From NCBI GenBank assembly GCA_963754315.1, contig CAVWFS010000001.1:64001-128000 (forward strand): DNA of 64,000 bases. The letters run 5' to 3'. The stretch comes from an uncultured Candidatus Rokubacteria bacterium (lineage in GTDB: Bacteria > Methylomirabilota > Methylomirabilia > Rokubacteriales > CSP1-6). Position 1 is the stretch's first letter. Each line of letters begins with the position of its first letter. The notes under the pieces are model-generated. The model saw nothing but the letters and a program-made list of their open reading frames with translations. It did not search any database and was not told where the DNA came from. The translations under genes were made by a program, and so were the position numbers. This document shows, one piece after another, positions 37,293 to 47,137 of the stretch.

Positions 37293-39686
37293 GTGACGCT
37301 CGTCGGGGCGCGGGTGCCGCGGGTCGAAGACGCGCGCCTTCTGGCTGGTCAGGGGCGCTTCGTGGCCGATCTTGCCCGGCCAGGCATGCTGCATGTCGCC
37401 TTCGTGCGAAGCCCACACGCGCACGCGCGCCTGCGTCGGATCGACGTGACACGGGCGCGTGTGCTTCCTGGTGTCATTGCTTGCGTGACCGGGGACGAGA
37501 TGGCTCGGCAGGTGGGGCCAGTACGGGCCGAGTCGCGCATGCGAGGTTACCTCACGACTGAATATCCGGCCCTCGCCCACGGCAAGGTCCGGTTTGCAGG
37601 CGAGGCGGTGGCCGCCGTGGTCGCCGAGAGCCGGTACGTGGCCGAAGACGCGACGGAGGTGGTCGTCGTCGACTGGGAGCCCCTCGAAGCTGTCCACGAT
37701 CCGGAGCTAGCCCTCCGCGCAGGAACGCCGCTCGTCCACGAGGCGGTCGGGAGCAATGCACTGGTCGAGCGGACCTTCGCCCAAGGCGATGCCGATGGCG
37801 CTCTGGCCGCCGCCCCTCTGGTGGTTGGTGACCGCTTTCGCTTCAACCGCCACGCCGGCGTTACGATCGAGAACCGGGCCTGCCTTGCCGAATGGGAAGC
37901 GGGCACGCAAAGCCTGACCTTGTGGTCTTCGACCCAGGTGCCAGGCCTCGTGCGGGATCTTCTAGCCGACCTCTTGGGTGTGTCCGCCCACCGCGTCCGG
38001 GTGGTGGCGCCCGACGTCGGCGGAGGATTCGGGATGAAGAGCGCGCTGTACCCCGAGGAGATCGTCGTCTCGGCTCTCGCGCGGAGGCTGGGGCGCCCAC
38101 TGCGATGGATCGGGGATCGGCGCGAGGATCTGCTCACCAGCACCCAGGCCTGGGACGAGATTGTCGATGCTGAGCTGGGTGTGGACGTCGACGGCACGAT
38201 CCGTGGGCTTCGTGCGCGCGTGACCGCCGACATCGGTGCTTACTCCATCTATCCGTGGACGGCGAGCATCGAGGTGATCCAGGTGATCAGCTTTCTCCCT
38301 GGTCCCTACCGCGTGCCCCACTATCGGGGGGCTGGCACGGGGGTCGCCACCAACAAGGCGCCGATGGGCCCCTACCGGGGTGTGGGGCGTCCCGTCTCAA
38401 CGTTCGTGACCGAGTCGCTCCTCGAACGTGCCGCACGCCGGCTCGGGCTCGATCCCGTGGAGATGCGCCGACGCAACATGATCAGTCCGGAGGAGTGTCC
38501 CTATCGGTCGCCCTCCGGTGTCGTCTGGGACACCGCCACCTTCCGGGAGACATTGGAGAGTGTCTGCACGAGGGCCGACTACGCCGCGCTCCGCGCGGAG
38601 CAGGCTCGAGCACGCGCTGCCGGGCGGTGCTTTGGTATCGGCGTCGCTTCCTACGTCGAGCTGACCGGCGTCGGCTCGGCCATCCCAGTGTCGCCGGGGT
38701 CGACCATCGCGACGGGCACCGAAGGCGTCACCCTGCGCGTGGATCCCGGCGGGACGGTCACCGCGACTTTCGGGCTCGCGTGTCATGGTCAAGGCCACGA
38801 GACGAGCCTGGCCCAGGTCGTGGCCGACGAGCTGGGCTTGAGACTGGCCGACGTACGCGTCGTGCACGGCGACACCGCCGCCTCACCGGCGGGGACGGGC
38901 ACCTACGCCAGCCGGAGCGCGGTTCTCGGTGGGGGTGCCGCGATCCTGGCCGGCCGGGCCTTGCGCGAGAAGATGGTTGCCATCGCCGCCCACCAGCTTG
39001 AGGCCTCACCCGAGGATATCGAGATCAACGATGGGCGGTTCGCCGTCAGGGGTGCCGGGGCCCGTGTCGTGACGTTGCGCGACGTGGCGCAGGCGGCATA
39101 CGGCGGCACGCGACGCCTTCCCAAGGGAATGGAACCGGGGCTGGAAACCACCCGCTTCTACGATCCCTACTTCGGAACGGCGTCGAACGCCACGCATCTC
39201 GCCGTGGTCGAGGTCGATTCCTCGACGTGCGAGGTACGCGTGCGCACGCTTGTCCTCGTCGAGGACTGCGGGCGCGTCATCAACCCGCTCATCGTGGAGG
39301 GACAGGCCGTCGGCGCTGTCGCTCAGGGCGTGGGAGCCGCCCTCCTCGAGGAATTGGTCTACGGTCCCGAGGGGCAACTTCTGACCGGGAGTCTGATGGA
39401 CTACCTCGTTCCGACTGCGTGCGAGATTCCCAAGGTCGATGTCCATCACCTTGACCGGCCTTCGCCCTCGACGCTGGGCGGCTTCAAGGGTGCGGGCGAA
39501 GGCGGCACCATCGGGGCCCCGGCCGCCATCGCCAACGCGGTCGCGGATGCCCTGGCGCCGCTGGGCGTCGAGATCAACGAGATGCCATTGACACCCGCGC
39601 GCCTTTTCCGCCTGCTGGGATCGCGACGCGGCGCGGGGATCACGAGAGACGTGAATGCACAGCCCCCTGCCGCAGGCAAGGAGTGA
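37293..39686 (+). CDS. Xanthine dehydrogenase family molybdopterin-binding (large) subunit, CoxL/CutL-like
   Basis: RVEDARLL.GQG, DVGGGFGMK, GPYRGVGR, HGQGHET, GTYASRS, FKGAGEGG. Confidence 0.93.
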   Translation: MTLVGARVPRVEDARLLAGQGRFVADLARPGMLHVAFVRSPHAHARLRRIDVTRARVLPGVIACVTGDEMARQVGPVRAESRMRGYLTTEYPALAHGKVRFAGEAVAAVVAESRYVAEDATEVVVVDWEPLEAVHDPELALRAGTPLVHEAVGSNALVERTFAQGDADGALAAAPLVVGDRFRFNRHAGVTIENRACLAEWEAGTQSLTLWSSTQVPGLVRDLLADLLGVSAHRVRVVAPDVGGGFGMKSALYPEEIVVSALARRLGRPLRWIGDRREDLLTSTQAWDEIVDAELGVDVDGTIRGLRARVTADIGAYSIYPWTASIEVIQVISFLPGPYRVPHYRGAGTGVATNKAPMGPYRGVGRPVSTFVTESLLERAARRLGLDPVEMRRRNMISPEECPYRSPSGVVWDTATFRETLESVCTRADYAALRAEQARARAAGRCFGIGVASYVELTGVGSAIPVSPGSTIATGTEGVTLRVDPGGTVTATFGLACHGQGHETSLAQVVADELGLRLADVRVVHGDTAASPAGTGTYASRSAVLGGGAAILAGRALREKMVAIAAHQLEASPEDIEINDGRFAVRGAGARVVTLRDVAQAAYGGTRRLPKGMEPGLETTRFYDPYFGTASNATHLAVVEVDSSTCEVRVRTLVLVEDCGRVINPLIVEGQAVGAVAQGVGAALLEELVYGPEGQLLTGSLMDYLVPTACEIPKVDVHHLDRPSPSTLGGFKGAGEGGTIGAPAAIANAVADALAPLGVEINEMPLTPARLFRLLGSRRGAGITRDVNAQPPAAGKE

Positions 39687-39691
39687 CTGGC

Positions 39692-40879
39692 ATGAGGACT
39701 CTGGCGGTTGTGAATATCGGACGGCTGGCCAGTGGACGACTCGACGCGCCAATTCTCGAGGCTGACACCGTGCTCGTCCGGGACGGGAACATTGTCGCCT
39801 GCGGGCACGCGCGGGACGTGGACACGGCTGGCGCCGACGTGGTGGTCGACTGCCGGGGCACGACCGTGATTCCGGGGCTTATCGATTCGCACTGCCACGT
39901 GGTCCTCGGCGACTACACACCTCGCCAGAAGACCGTCGACTTCCTCGACTCGTACGTGCATGGTGGAATCACCAGTGTGGTCTCAGCGGGCGAGGGCGTG
40001 CACGCTCCCGGGAGGCCCCACGATCCGGTGGCCGCGAAGGCGCTCGCCATCGCGGCCGCCAAGTGCTTTGCCGGCTTCCATCCCAACGGAATGAAGGTCA
40101 ACGCGGGGAGTGTTGTCCTCGAACCGGGCCTGACCGAGGACGACTTTGCGGAGATGGCGCGCCACGGCGTCCGCCACGCCAAGTACGGTTTCGGGGGCTA
40201 TCGCCATCCCCTCGACGGGGAAGCCGAGATCCGCAACGCCCAGAAGCATGGGCTTACCGTCATGTCCCACAGTGGTGGCAACTCCATACCAGGCTCGAGC
40301 CCAATAAGCCACGACGTCCTGCTGAGGTTGCGGCCGGACGTGTGCGGCCACGTCAACGGCGGTACCACGTCGCTCGATGACGCGGGACTGGCGCGCATCA
40401 TCACCGAGACGGACATGGCCCTGCAGATCGTGCAGGCCGGGAATCTTCGCTCTGCGCTCTTCATCCTCCGCCTAGCACGCGAGGCCCGTGCCCTGCACCG
40501 GGTCTGCCTGGCGAGTGACACGCCGACAGGAACTGGTGTCATGCCGATGGGAGTATTCAAGACCGTCTGCGAGATGAGCTCTCTCGGTGATCTCGCGCCC
40601 GAACTGAGCATCGCTCTGGCCACTGGCAACAACACGCGCGCCTTCCGCCTGAGCACCGGCACCATCACCGTGGGCCAGCCGGCCGACTTGGTCGTGTGCG
40701 ACGCGCCGGCCGCGTCGGCGGCTGACGATGCGTTCGGCGCCATCGCGCGAGGCGACATCCCGGGAATCTCGTGCGTGATCGTCGACGGAGAGGTGCGGGT
40801 CGCCCGCAGCCGAAACACGCCGCTGGCCAAGCGCCTTGCCGTTATCACCGGCGCCGCCCACGTAGGCGGCGCACACTGA
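39692..40879 (+). CDS. Enamidase-like amidohydrolase
   Basis: PGLIDSHCH..GDYTPRQKT, HGGITS, PGRPHD, SIPGSS, HVNGG, GDIPGIS, SRNTP; closely resembles Eubacterium barkeri enamidase as recalled. Confidence 0.85.
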   Translation: MRTLAVVNIGRLASGRLDAPILEADTVLVRDGNIVACGHARDVDTAGADVVVDCRGTTVIPGLIDSHCHVVLGDYTPRQKTVDFLDSYVHGGITSVVSAGEGVHAPGRPHDPVAAKALAIAAAKCFAGFHPNGMKVNAGSVVLEPGLTEDDFAEMARHGVRHAKYGFGGYRHPLDGEAEIRNAQKHGLTVMSHSGGNSIPGSSPISHDVLLRLRPDVCGHVNGGTTSLDDAGLARIITETDMALQIVQAGNLRSALFILRLAREARALHRVCLASDTPTGTGVMPMGVFKTVCEMSSLGDLAPELSIALATGNNTRAFRLSTGTITVGQPADLVVCDAPAASAADDAFGAIARGDIPGISCVIVDGEVRVARSRNTPLAKRLAVITGAAHVGGAH

Positions 40880-40893
40880 CAGCGCTCCTTGGC

Positions 40894-42408
40894 CTACACC
40901 ACCTCGAACACGTGGTATGCCCAGGCCTCGAGGTCGAGGTAGAGGCCGGCCCCCGCCAGATCCTCGCCCCTGCGCTCGTACGAGAGGCGCGGGTTCAAGA
41001 GGTCACGCAGGTGCCATGCTCGTCCCGGGAGATCAGCGAAGGGAAGCCGGACGTAGCACTGTCCCTGGGTGGGGCCGTAGTTGACCGCCACGAGAAGCCG
41101 GCATCCCGGCCCGGCCCATGCGTAGGCGATGAAGCGCTCCCAGGTTGGGTTGCCCCCCCAGGCGGGCTGGCATGCGACCAATTGCCACGCGCCGTCTCGC
41201 ACCTCTGGCCGTCGCATGACCCCGAGGAGGCTATTGTAGAAATCTCTCAGTTCCACATCGACTGGCTCCGGGCTCCGTCGGCGCAGGTGGTTGGAGGCGC
41301 GCAGGCGGCGACCGGAGCGTTGCCCCTCGTGCAGGAAGCGTAGGCCCGGTACCAGGAAGGCCAGCGCGGCGGCCGCCCGATGCACGCGATCCGGGAAGGC
41401 GGCGGCCGCTCGGGGCTCATCGTGGTTCTCGAGAAAGCGCACCGATCTTCGTTGAAACTCGGGATCGGCGTGCAGATGCCCGCGTACGGCGACGGCGTCC
41501 TGGGCGTGCAGGCGGTCGTAGAAGCGCTTGTCGTACGTATAGTCAAAACCCTGTTGCTGCAAGGTCCACTCGAGGTCCCAGTACGCCTCGGCCATGAAAA
41601 CGAAGTCTGGATGCGCCCTGCGGATCTGGCCGATCGCCTCCGGCCAGAACGAGTCGTCGATGGGGGCGCTTCCGTCAGTTGGGCGTGCACGTCTTCCCCA
41701 CGTGCGTTCAATGACGTCGGGGAGAACCAGCATGGACATGTCGCAGCGCACCCCGTCGCATTGGCCGGCGATCCGCTCGAGAACCTCTCGCATGGCCTGC
41801 CGCAGGCCGCCATGGCGGTAGTTCACCTGTAGGGTGTCGGGCCATCCGGGAAAGTATGGGTCCTTGCCGTGCGCCAGAACGCGCGTTCCTCCTCCGGTGC
41901 TGACCCGGATGTAGTTTCCTGGCTCACGCGCCAGATCTGCGTCGCTGCCATGCACGTAGTACTCCGGATGATTCTGAACCCAAGGATGATCCGGTGCCGT
42001 GTGGTTCGGGACGAAGTCGAGCATGAGCCGGACCCCACGCGCAGCCAGACGGCGCCGGAGGCGAGCGAGCGCGTCCGGTCCTCCGAAGTCGCGGTGAACG
42101 ACGTACTCCCGTACCGCAAAGGGAGAACCGCATACGTCCTCCGGGCTCCAGTCGGCCAGAAGCTCACCGTACTCGCGCTGCCAGTCAGCCTGGCTCAGCG
42201 ACACTTGCCGCCCCGCCTCGCCCGTCTGCCAGATGCCGAGGAGCCACACCCAGTCGAACCCGTCGGAGGCGACTTGGTCCAGGGAGGCGTCGGATACGTC
42301 ATCGAGGGTAACCGGCCGTCCCACGCGCTGGGCCAGATCGTAAAGCCAGACCCGGGTGTTGATCTGATAGAGAGCGGGAAAACTTGGCAACGCGGACATC
42401 CCGTTCAT
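40894..42408 (-). CDS. GH13 alpha-amylase family protein
   Basis: YQINTR, LMLDFVPNH, DGVRCDM, FMAEAYW, FLENHDEPR. Confidence 0.92.
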   Translation of the reverse strand: MNGMSALPSFPALYQINTRVWLYDLAQRVGRPVTLDDVSDASLDQVASDGFDWVWLLGIWQTGEAGRQVSLSQADWQREYGELLADWSPEDVCGSPFAVREYVVHRDFGGPDALARLRRRLAARGVRLMLDFVPNHTAPDHPWVQNHPEYYVHGSDADLAREPGNYIRVSTGGGTRVLAHGKDPYFPGWPDTLQVNYRHGGLRQAMREVLERIAGQCDGVRCDMSMLVLPDVIERTWGRRARPTDGSAPIDDSFWPEAIGQIRRAHPDFVFMAEAYWDLEWTLQQQGFDYTYDKRFYDRLHAQDAVAVRGHLHADPEFQRRSVRFLENHDEPRAAAAFPDRVHRAAAALAFLVPGLRFLHEGQRSGRRLRASNHLRRRSPEPVDVELRDFYNSLLGVMRRPEVRDGAWQLVACQPAWGGNPTWERFIAYAWAGPGCRLLVAVNYGPTQGQCYVRLPFADLPGRAWHLRDLLNPRLSYERRGEDLAGAGLYLDLEAWAYHVFEVV

Positions 42409-42535
42409 GCCTTTCTCCGTGCCGCCCGCTTGGTCGAAGCCGGGGTTGGGCGATCGAAGTCGTCGAGGAGAGCCTGGCTGTCCATCGATCCGAGAAGTGG
42501 ATCAGCGGCGCCACCAGTCCGGTCCAGCCCGTCTG
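42405..42535 (-). pseudogene. 3' remnant of a GH63/MGH1-like glucosidase gene
   Basis: QTGWTGLVAPLI motif then a frameshift; stop overlaps the amylase ATG; no matching upstream coding sequence. Confidence 0.55.
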
Positions 42536-42755
42536 AACGTTCCCCACTGGCGCTCTGCGAGATAGGGCCCCCACCGCATCCAGATCGACCCGGGTTGCCG
42601 GCTCTCCTCTGCACGTCGCGCTTCGCTGCTCATGGCAGACCTCTCCAGATTGGTGTTCGCGGTGGGCCCCTCGCTTCATTCCCACGCTACGTGTATCCTG
42701 CCCGAGGCGGTGCCGTCAACCCGCGCGGGCGCCCCGCCTGGGAGGGAGAATCCGA

Positions 42756-43775
42756 GTGAAAGCGGCGTTCTTCAAAGAGCACGGAGGAGCGGAGAAGATC
42801 CTGTACGACGACTACCGCGACCCTGTCCCGGGAGCGGGCGAGGTGCTCGTACGCGTGCGCGCCTGCGCCCTGAATCAGGTTGACATGCTGCTCCTCGACG
42901 GCCGATTCCCGCCGCCCGAAGGGCTTCCTCACGTGAACGGGTGTGAGGTGACGGGCACCGTGAAGGCCGGCGCGGCCGGGTTCGCGGACGGGCAGCGCGT
43001 CATCGTCTTCCCCGGCTTCTCGTGCGGGATATGCGAATACTGCCTGCGCGGCGAGCGGACGGTGTGCGTCCGCTACGGGTATCTGGGAGCTCACAAGGAT
43101 GGCGGCTACGCGGAGCTGGTGAAAGTTCCTGGCGCCAACGTGCTTCCCTTGCCCGATGCGATCTCCTTCGAGCAGGGAGCGGCTCTCCCTCTCGCCATGC
43201 TCACCTCGTGGCATGGCCTGGTGGTCCAGGCGCAGCTGCGGCCCGGCCAGACAGTCCTCGTCCAGGCGGCCGGCAGCGGTGTGGGGAGCGCGGCCATTCA
43301 GATCGCGCGTCTCATCGGGGCTCGGGTCATGACCACGGTGGGCTCGGACGACAAGATCGAGTTTGCCAAGGCGCTCGGCGCGGAGCGTGTTGTCAACTAC
43401 CGCACGCAGGATTTCGTGGAAGAGGCGAAGGCGTGGACGGGCAAGCGTGGCGTCGACGTGGTGGTCGAGCACATCGGTGGCGAGACGTTCGAGCGCAGCA
43501 CCTATGCGTTGACACGTCTGGGAACGCTCGTCTCCATCGGGTCGCACGACACGCACTGGGGTCGGCTCGACCTCCGCCACGTCTACTCCAAGAACCTCCG
43601 CATCCTTGGCACCAATCTCGGCTCGATCCTCGAGCTGAGAACAATCTTAGAGAATGTGCAGGGGGGCCGTCTGCGGCCGGTGATCGATCGAGCATTCCCT
43701 CTCCGGGACGCGCGGGCGGCCGTCCAGCATGTCCTCGACCGCCGCAACAAGGGTAAGGTGCTGCTCGTCGCATGA
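42756..43775 (+). CDS. Zinc-binding MDR family dehydrogenase/reductase
   Basis: Structural Zn CGICEYC..C, AAGSGVG; catalytic GHE replaced by GCE. Confidence 0.9.
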   Translation: MKAAFFKEHGGAEKILYDDYRDPVPGAGEVLVRVRACALNQVDMLLLDGRFPPPEGLPHVNGCEVTGTVKAGAAGFADGQRVIVFPGFSCGICEYCLRGERTVCVRYGYLGAHKDGGYAELVKVPGANVLPLPDAISFEQGAALPLAMLTSWHGLVVQAQLRPGQTVLVQAAGSGVGSAAIQIARLIGARVMTTVGSDDKIEFAKALGAERVVNYRTQDFVEEAKAWTGKRGVDVVVEHIGGETFERSTYALTRLGTLVSIGSHDTHWGRLDLRHVYSKNLRILGTNLGSILELRTILENVQGGRLRPVIDRAFPLRDARAAVQHVLDRRNKGKVLLVA

Positions 43776-45310
43776 CCCTCGGCCAGATGCTCCGACGCTC
43801 GGCGCGCCGCCGACCAGGGGCGGAAGCAGTCATCCACGGACAGACCCGGCTGACCTACACCGAGCTGGATACTCGCACCGATGCCCTTGCGTGCGGCCTT
43901 GCCCGGGCCGGCGTCGCCAGGGGCGACCGCGTGCTGATCGTCCTCAAGAACCGGGTGGAACACGTGCTGGTGTACTGGGCGTTGCAGAAGATGGGCGGGG
44001 TCCCAACGCCTGTGAACTTCCGACTTTCTCCGGGAGAGCTGCGCTACGTCCTCGACGATAGCGGGGCTCGCCTCGTCTTCTGCGAAGACGCGACCGCGCT
44101 GGCCGTCGCCGAGGCCGTGCGGGGCCGTGACGTCGGGCTCGTGCATGTGGGCGTGGCGGCGCCTGTCGCGGCCCTGCCCTTCGACACCCTGCTTGACGAG
44201 GGAGCGCGAGAAGAGGCGCAGGTGGCGGCGACGGACCTGTCCCTTCTCCTCTATACCTCAGGCACGACCGGGCGACCCAAGGGCGTGCCGCGGACCCACG
44301 CCAACCACGTGGCAGGAGCCGTCGCCCATACCCTCCAGTGTCGGTATGACTGGGGCGAGCGGACCCTTGGTGTCATGCCCCTCTACCACACCATGGGAAT
44401 TCACTCCCTCACGAGCATGATGGTAGTCAACGGTTGCTTCGTGTGTCAGCCCGACTGGAGCCCGGGCGAAGCCCTCTCGCTGATCGCGAGTGAGCGGCTC
44501 AGCGCGTTGTACCTGATCCCTACCCTCTTCTGGGAGCTCGTGCACGCCCCGGACTTCGCGCGTGCTGATGTCACCTCGGTGAGCAAGCTGGCGTATGCGG
44601 GGGCGCCCATGCTGCCCACCTTGACCGAGGCGTGCACCCGCGCCTTTACCCCCGATGTCTTCGTGAACCACTACGGGTCCACCGAGATCTATACGTTCTC
44701 GGTGCGCCCCGACGCTCCTGGCAAAGCGGGATCGGCGGGACGGCCGGGACTGCATTCCGCGTTGCGGGTGGTGGTCGCGAGCCTCGAGCGGCGGGTTGGT
44801 CCGGAGGAGGCGGTAGGCGTGGGGGAGAGGGGAGAAATCATCGCCAGCCTCGACTCCGAGGAGGCCTTCGTCGGCTACTGGAACAGGCCCGACGCTGATG
44901 CTCGCGCCTTGCGCGATGGGTGGTACTTCACGGGCGATATGGGGTACATCGATGAGGACGGTGAGCTGGTGGTGGCCGGGCGGGTGGACGACATGATCAT
45001 CAGCGGGGGCGAGAACATCCATCCCGTGGAAGTCGAGGAGATCCTCTCCCGCCATCCGCTGGTCGGTGAGGTGGCGGTGATCGGCGAGCCGGATGAACGA
45101 TGGGGCGAGCGGGTCGTGGCCTTCGTGGTGCCGCGCGCATCTGGGCTCACGGCATCAGCCCTCGACCGCCACTGTCGCGCGAGCGCGGACCTGGCCGGCT
45201 TCAAGCGCCCGCGGCGGGTGGTGTTCGTGAAGGACATCCCCAAGACGGCATCGGGCAAGATCCTGCGCCGGCTCCTGCGCGACGGACACTATACGGAGAT
45301 CCAGCCATGA
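43772..45310 (+). CDS. Acyl-CoA synthetase (AMP-binding)
   Basis: YTSGTTGRPKG, HYGSTE, TGD, GRVDDMIISGGENI, PKTASGKI. Confidence 0.93.
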   Translation: MTLGQMLRRSARRRPGAEAVIHGQTRLTYTELDTRTDALACGLARAGVARGDRVLIVLKNRVEHVLVYWALQKMGGVPTPVNFRLSPGELRYVLDDSGARLVFCEDATALAVAEAVRGRDVGLVHVGVAAPVAALPFDTLLDEGAREEAQVAATDLSLLLYTSGTTGRPKGVPRTHANHVAGAVAHTLQCRYDWGERTLGVMPLYHTMGIHSLTSMMVVNGCFVCQPDWSPGEALSLIASERLSALYLIPTLFWELVHAPDFARADVTSVSKLAYAGAPMLPTLTEACTRAFTPDVFVNHYGSTEIYTFSVRPDAPGKAGSAGRPGLHSALRVVVASLERRVGPEEAVGVGERGEIIASLDSEEAFVGYWNRPDADARALRDGWYFTGDMGYIDEDGELVVAGRVDDMIISGGENIHPVEVEEILSRHPLVGEVAVIGEPDERWGERVVAFVVPRASGLTASALDRHCRASADLAGFKRPRRVVFVKDIPKTASGKILRRLLRDGHYTEIQP

Positions 45311-46074
45311 GCGAGTTTCTGCGGGTTGAGGGCACGGGCGCGGTGGCGACGCTCTGGATCGATCGCCAGGCCAAGATGAACACCATGACCGTGGCCATGC
45401 GCAACGAGTTTCCGAGGATCTTCCGGGACCTTGATGCCGACGACCGCGTGCGTGTGGTCGTCGTGCGCGGGGCGGGAGGCAAGGCCTTCAGCGCCGGCGG
45501 AGACCTCGCCGAGTTTCTGACCTTGGCCCCCGCCGACCTCGAGCTGTGGGGCGATACGTTGACCGCCGCCGAGCGCTGTCGGAAGCCGGTGATCGCCGCC
45601 ATCGATGGCTACTCGATGGGAGCGGGGCTGGAACTGGCGGTCGCGTGCGACTTTCGGATCGCCACGCGCCGCTCGGAGTTCGCCTTTCCGGAGGTTCGGC
45701 TCGGCATGATACCGGGTAGCGGCGGGACTCAGCGCGCGCTGCGCCTCATCGGCATGACCCGGGCCAAGCTCTTCATGCTGACCGGCCAGCGCATCTCCGC
45801 TGAGCGGGCGGAAGTGTGGGGACTGGTGACCGAGGCCGTCGCCGACGACAAGCTCGACGAGGCCGTCGGTACTCTCGCCGGAGAGCTGGCCGAGCGGCCG
45901 CCCCTCGCCGTGCGCACCCTCAAGATGGTGCTCAACCGCGGCGCGGAAGCCCCGCTGGAGACGGCCCTCGAGCTAGAACGGAAGTCCTACGCGTGGCTGC
46001 GCTCCACTCATGACTACGAGGAAGGGGTGAAGTCGTTCCTGGAGAAGCGGCCGCCGAAGTACGAGGGGAGGTAG
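45307..46074 (+). CDS. Enoyl-CoA hydratase/isomerase family protein
   Basis: AFSAGGDL, KPVIAAIDG..GAGLELA..CD, PEVRLGMIPGSGGTQR. Confidence 0.93.
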   Translation: MSEFLRVEGTGAVATLWIDRQAKMNTMTVAMRNEFPRIFRDLDADDRVRVVVVRGAGGKAFSAGGDLAEFLTLAPADLELWGDTLTAAERCRKPVIAAIDGYSMGAGLELAVACDFRIATRRSEFAFPEVRLGMIPGSGGTQRALRLIGMTRAKLFMLTGQRISAERAEVWGLVTEAVADDKLDEAVGTLAGELAERPPLAVRTLKMVLNRGAEAPLETALELERKSYAWLRSTHDYEEGVKSFLEKRPPKYEGR

Positions 46075-46076
46075 CG

Positions 46077-47078
46077 ATGAAAGCATCGTTCGGACTCACG
46101 CTCGCCAATCGCGCGGTGGTGCTGGGCGCGATCGGGGCGCGCGATCTCATCGATCTCACCGTGGCGGCCGAAGAGGCCGGGGCCTTCGACACCGTGTGGG
46201 TCGGGGATAGCCTCGTCGCCAAGCCGCGCCTGGAGGCCGTGACGTTGCTGTCGGCCCTGGCCAGCGTGACGTCACGCATGCGCTTGGGCGTGGGCTGCAT
46301 GGCCACGTTCGTGCACCGGCATCCGGTGATGTTGGCGCACCAGTGGGCGAGCCTTGACGTGCTCTCGGGCGGGCGCTCGTGGCTCGCCGTATGCCTGGGC
46401 GGCCCCGATGAAGCGGGTGCGGCGCAGGCTCTGGAGCACGCCGTCATGGGCGTGCGACCGAGTGAGCGTGTGGCTCGACTGGAGGAAGGCATCTCCATTC
46501 TCCGCACCCTCTTCGCCAGCAAGAAGGCGTCGCACCGCGGTCGCTTCTACCAGTTCGACGGGCTCACCATTGAGCCGCCGCCTCTGCAGCGCCCGTGCCC
46601 CATCTGGATTGCCAGCAATCCGACCGGGCTGACCTGGAAGGGCGGAGCCAGCGCCTCGGAGGCAGTGGTGGAGCGGAGTTTCCGCCGCGTGGCGCGGCAT
46701 GCCGACGGCTGGATGACCAACAAGCTCAGCCCCGAGGAGTTTCGCCGTCAGTGGAGCCGCATCACGGCCATGGCGCGCGAGGAAGGGCGCGATCCGGCAG
46801 CGCTCGGCAGCGCCCTCTACCACAACATCAATATCAACGAGGACCGGACGGCCGCTCTCGCCGAGAGCAAGACCTTCCTCGATACGTATTACACGGCCAA
46901 CTTCAGCGCGGCTTTCGTGGAGGGGTGGACCATCGCCGGCAGCCCCGATCAGTGTGTGGACCAGCTCCGCGCGTACTTCGACGCGGGCCTCGGGCACATC
47001 GCGCTCCGGCTGACGTCGTGGGACCAGCGTGGTCAGCTCAAGCGGTTCCTCGCCGAGGTGGCACCCGCCTTCGCCTGA
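46077..47078 (+). CDS. LLM class flavin-dependent oxidoreductase
   Basis: FDTVWVGDS, WASLDVLSGGR, PIWIA, RVARHADGW, IAGSP. Confidence 0.9.
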   Translation: MKASFGLTLANRAVVLGAIGARDLIDLTVAAEEAGAFDTVWVGDSLVAKPRLEAVTLLSALASVTSRMRLGVGCMATFVHRHPVMLAHQWASLDVLSGGRSWLAVCLGGPDEAGAAQALEHAVMGVRPSERVARLEEGISILRTLFASKKASHRGRFYQFDGLTIEPPPLQRPCPIWIASNPTGLTWKGGASASEAVVERSFRRVARHADGWMTNKLSPEEFRRQWSRITAMAREEGRDPAALGSALYHNININEDRTAALAESKTFLDTYYTANFSAAFVEGWTIAGSPDQCVDQLRAYFDAGLGHIALRLTSWDQRGQLKRFLAEVAPAFA

Positions 47079-47137
47079 ACGTCGGTGGTGAATCGTCTCG
47101 GGTATACTCCCCCGATTCGCCGAGGAGGACGAGACCT

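Noticed and set aside
37293..39686. Aerobic CO dehydrogenase (form I CoxL)
   Set aside because: The active-site loop is PYRGVGR, lacking the Cu-binding Cys of AYRCSFR, and no coxDEF genes are present.
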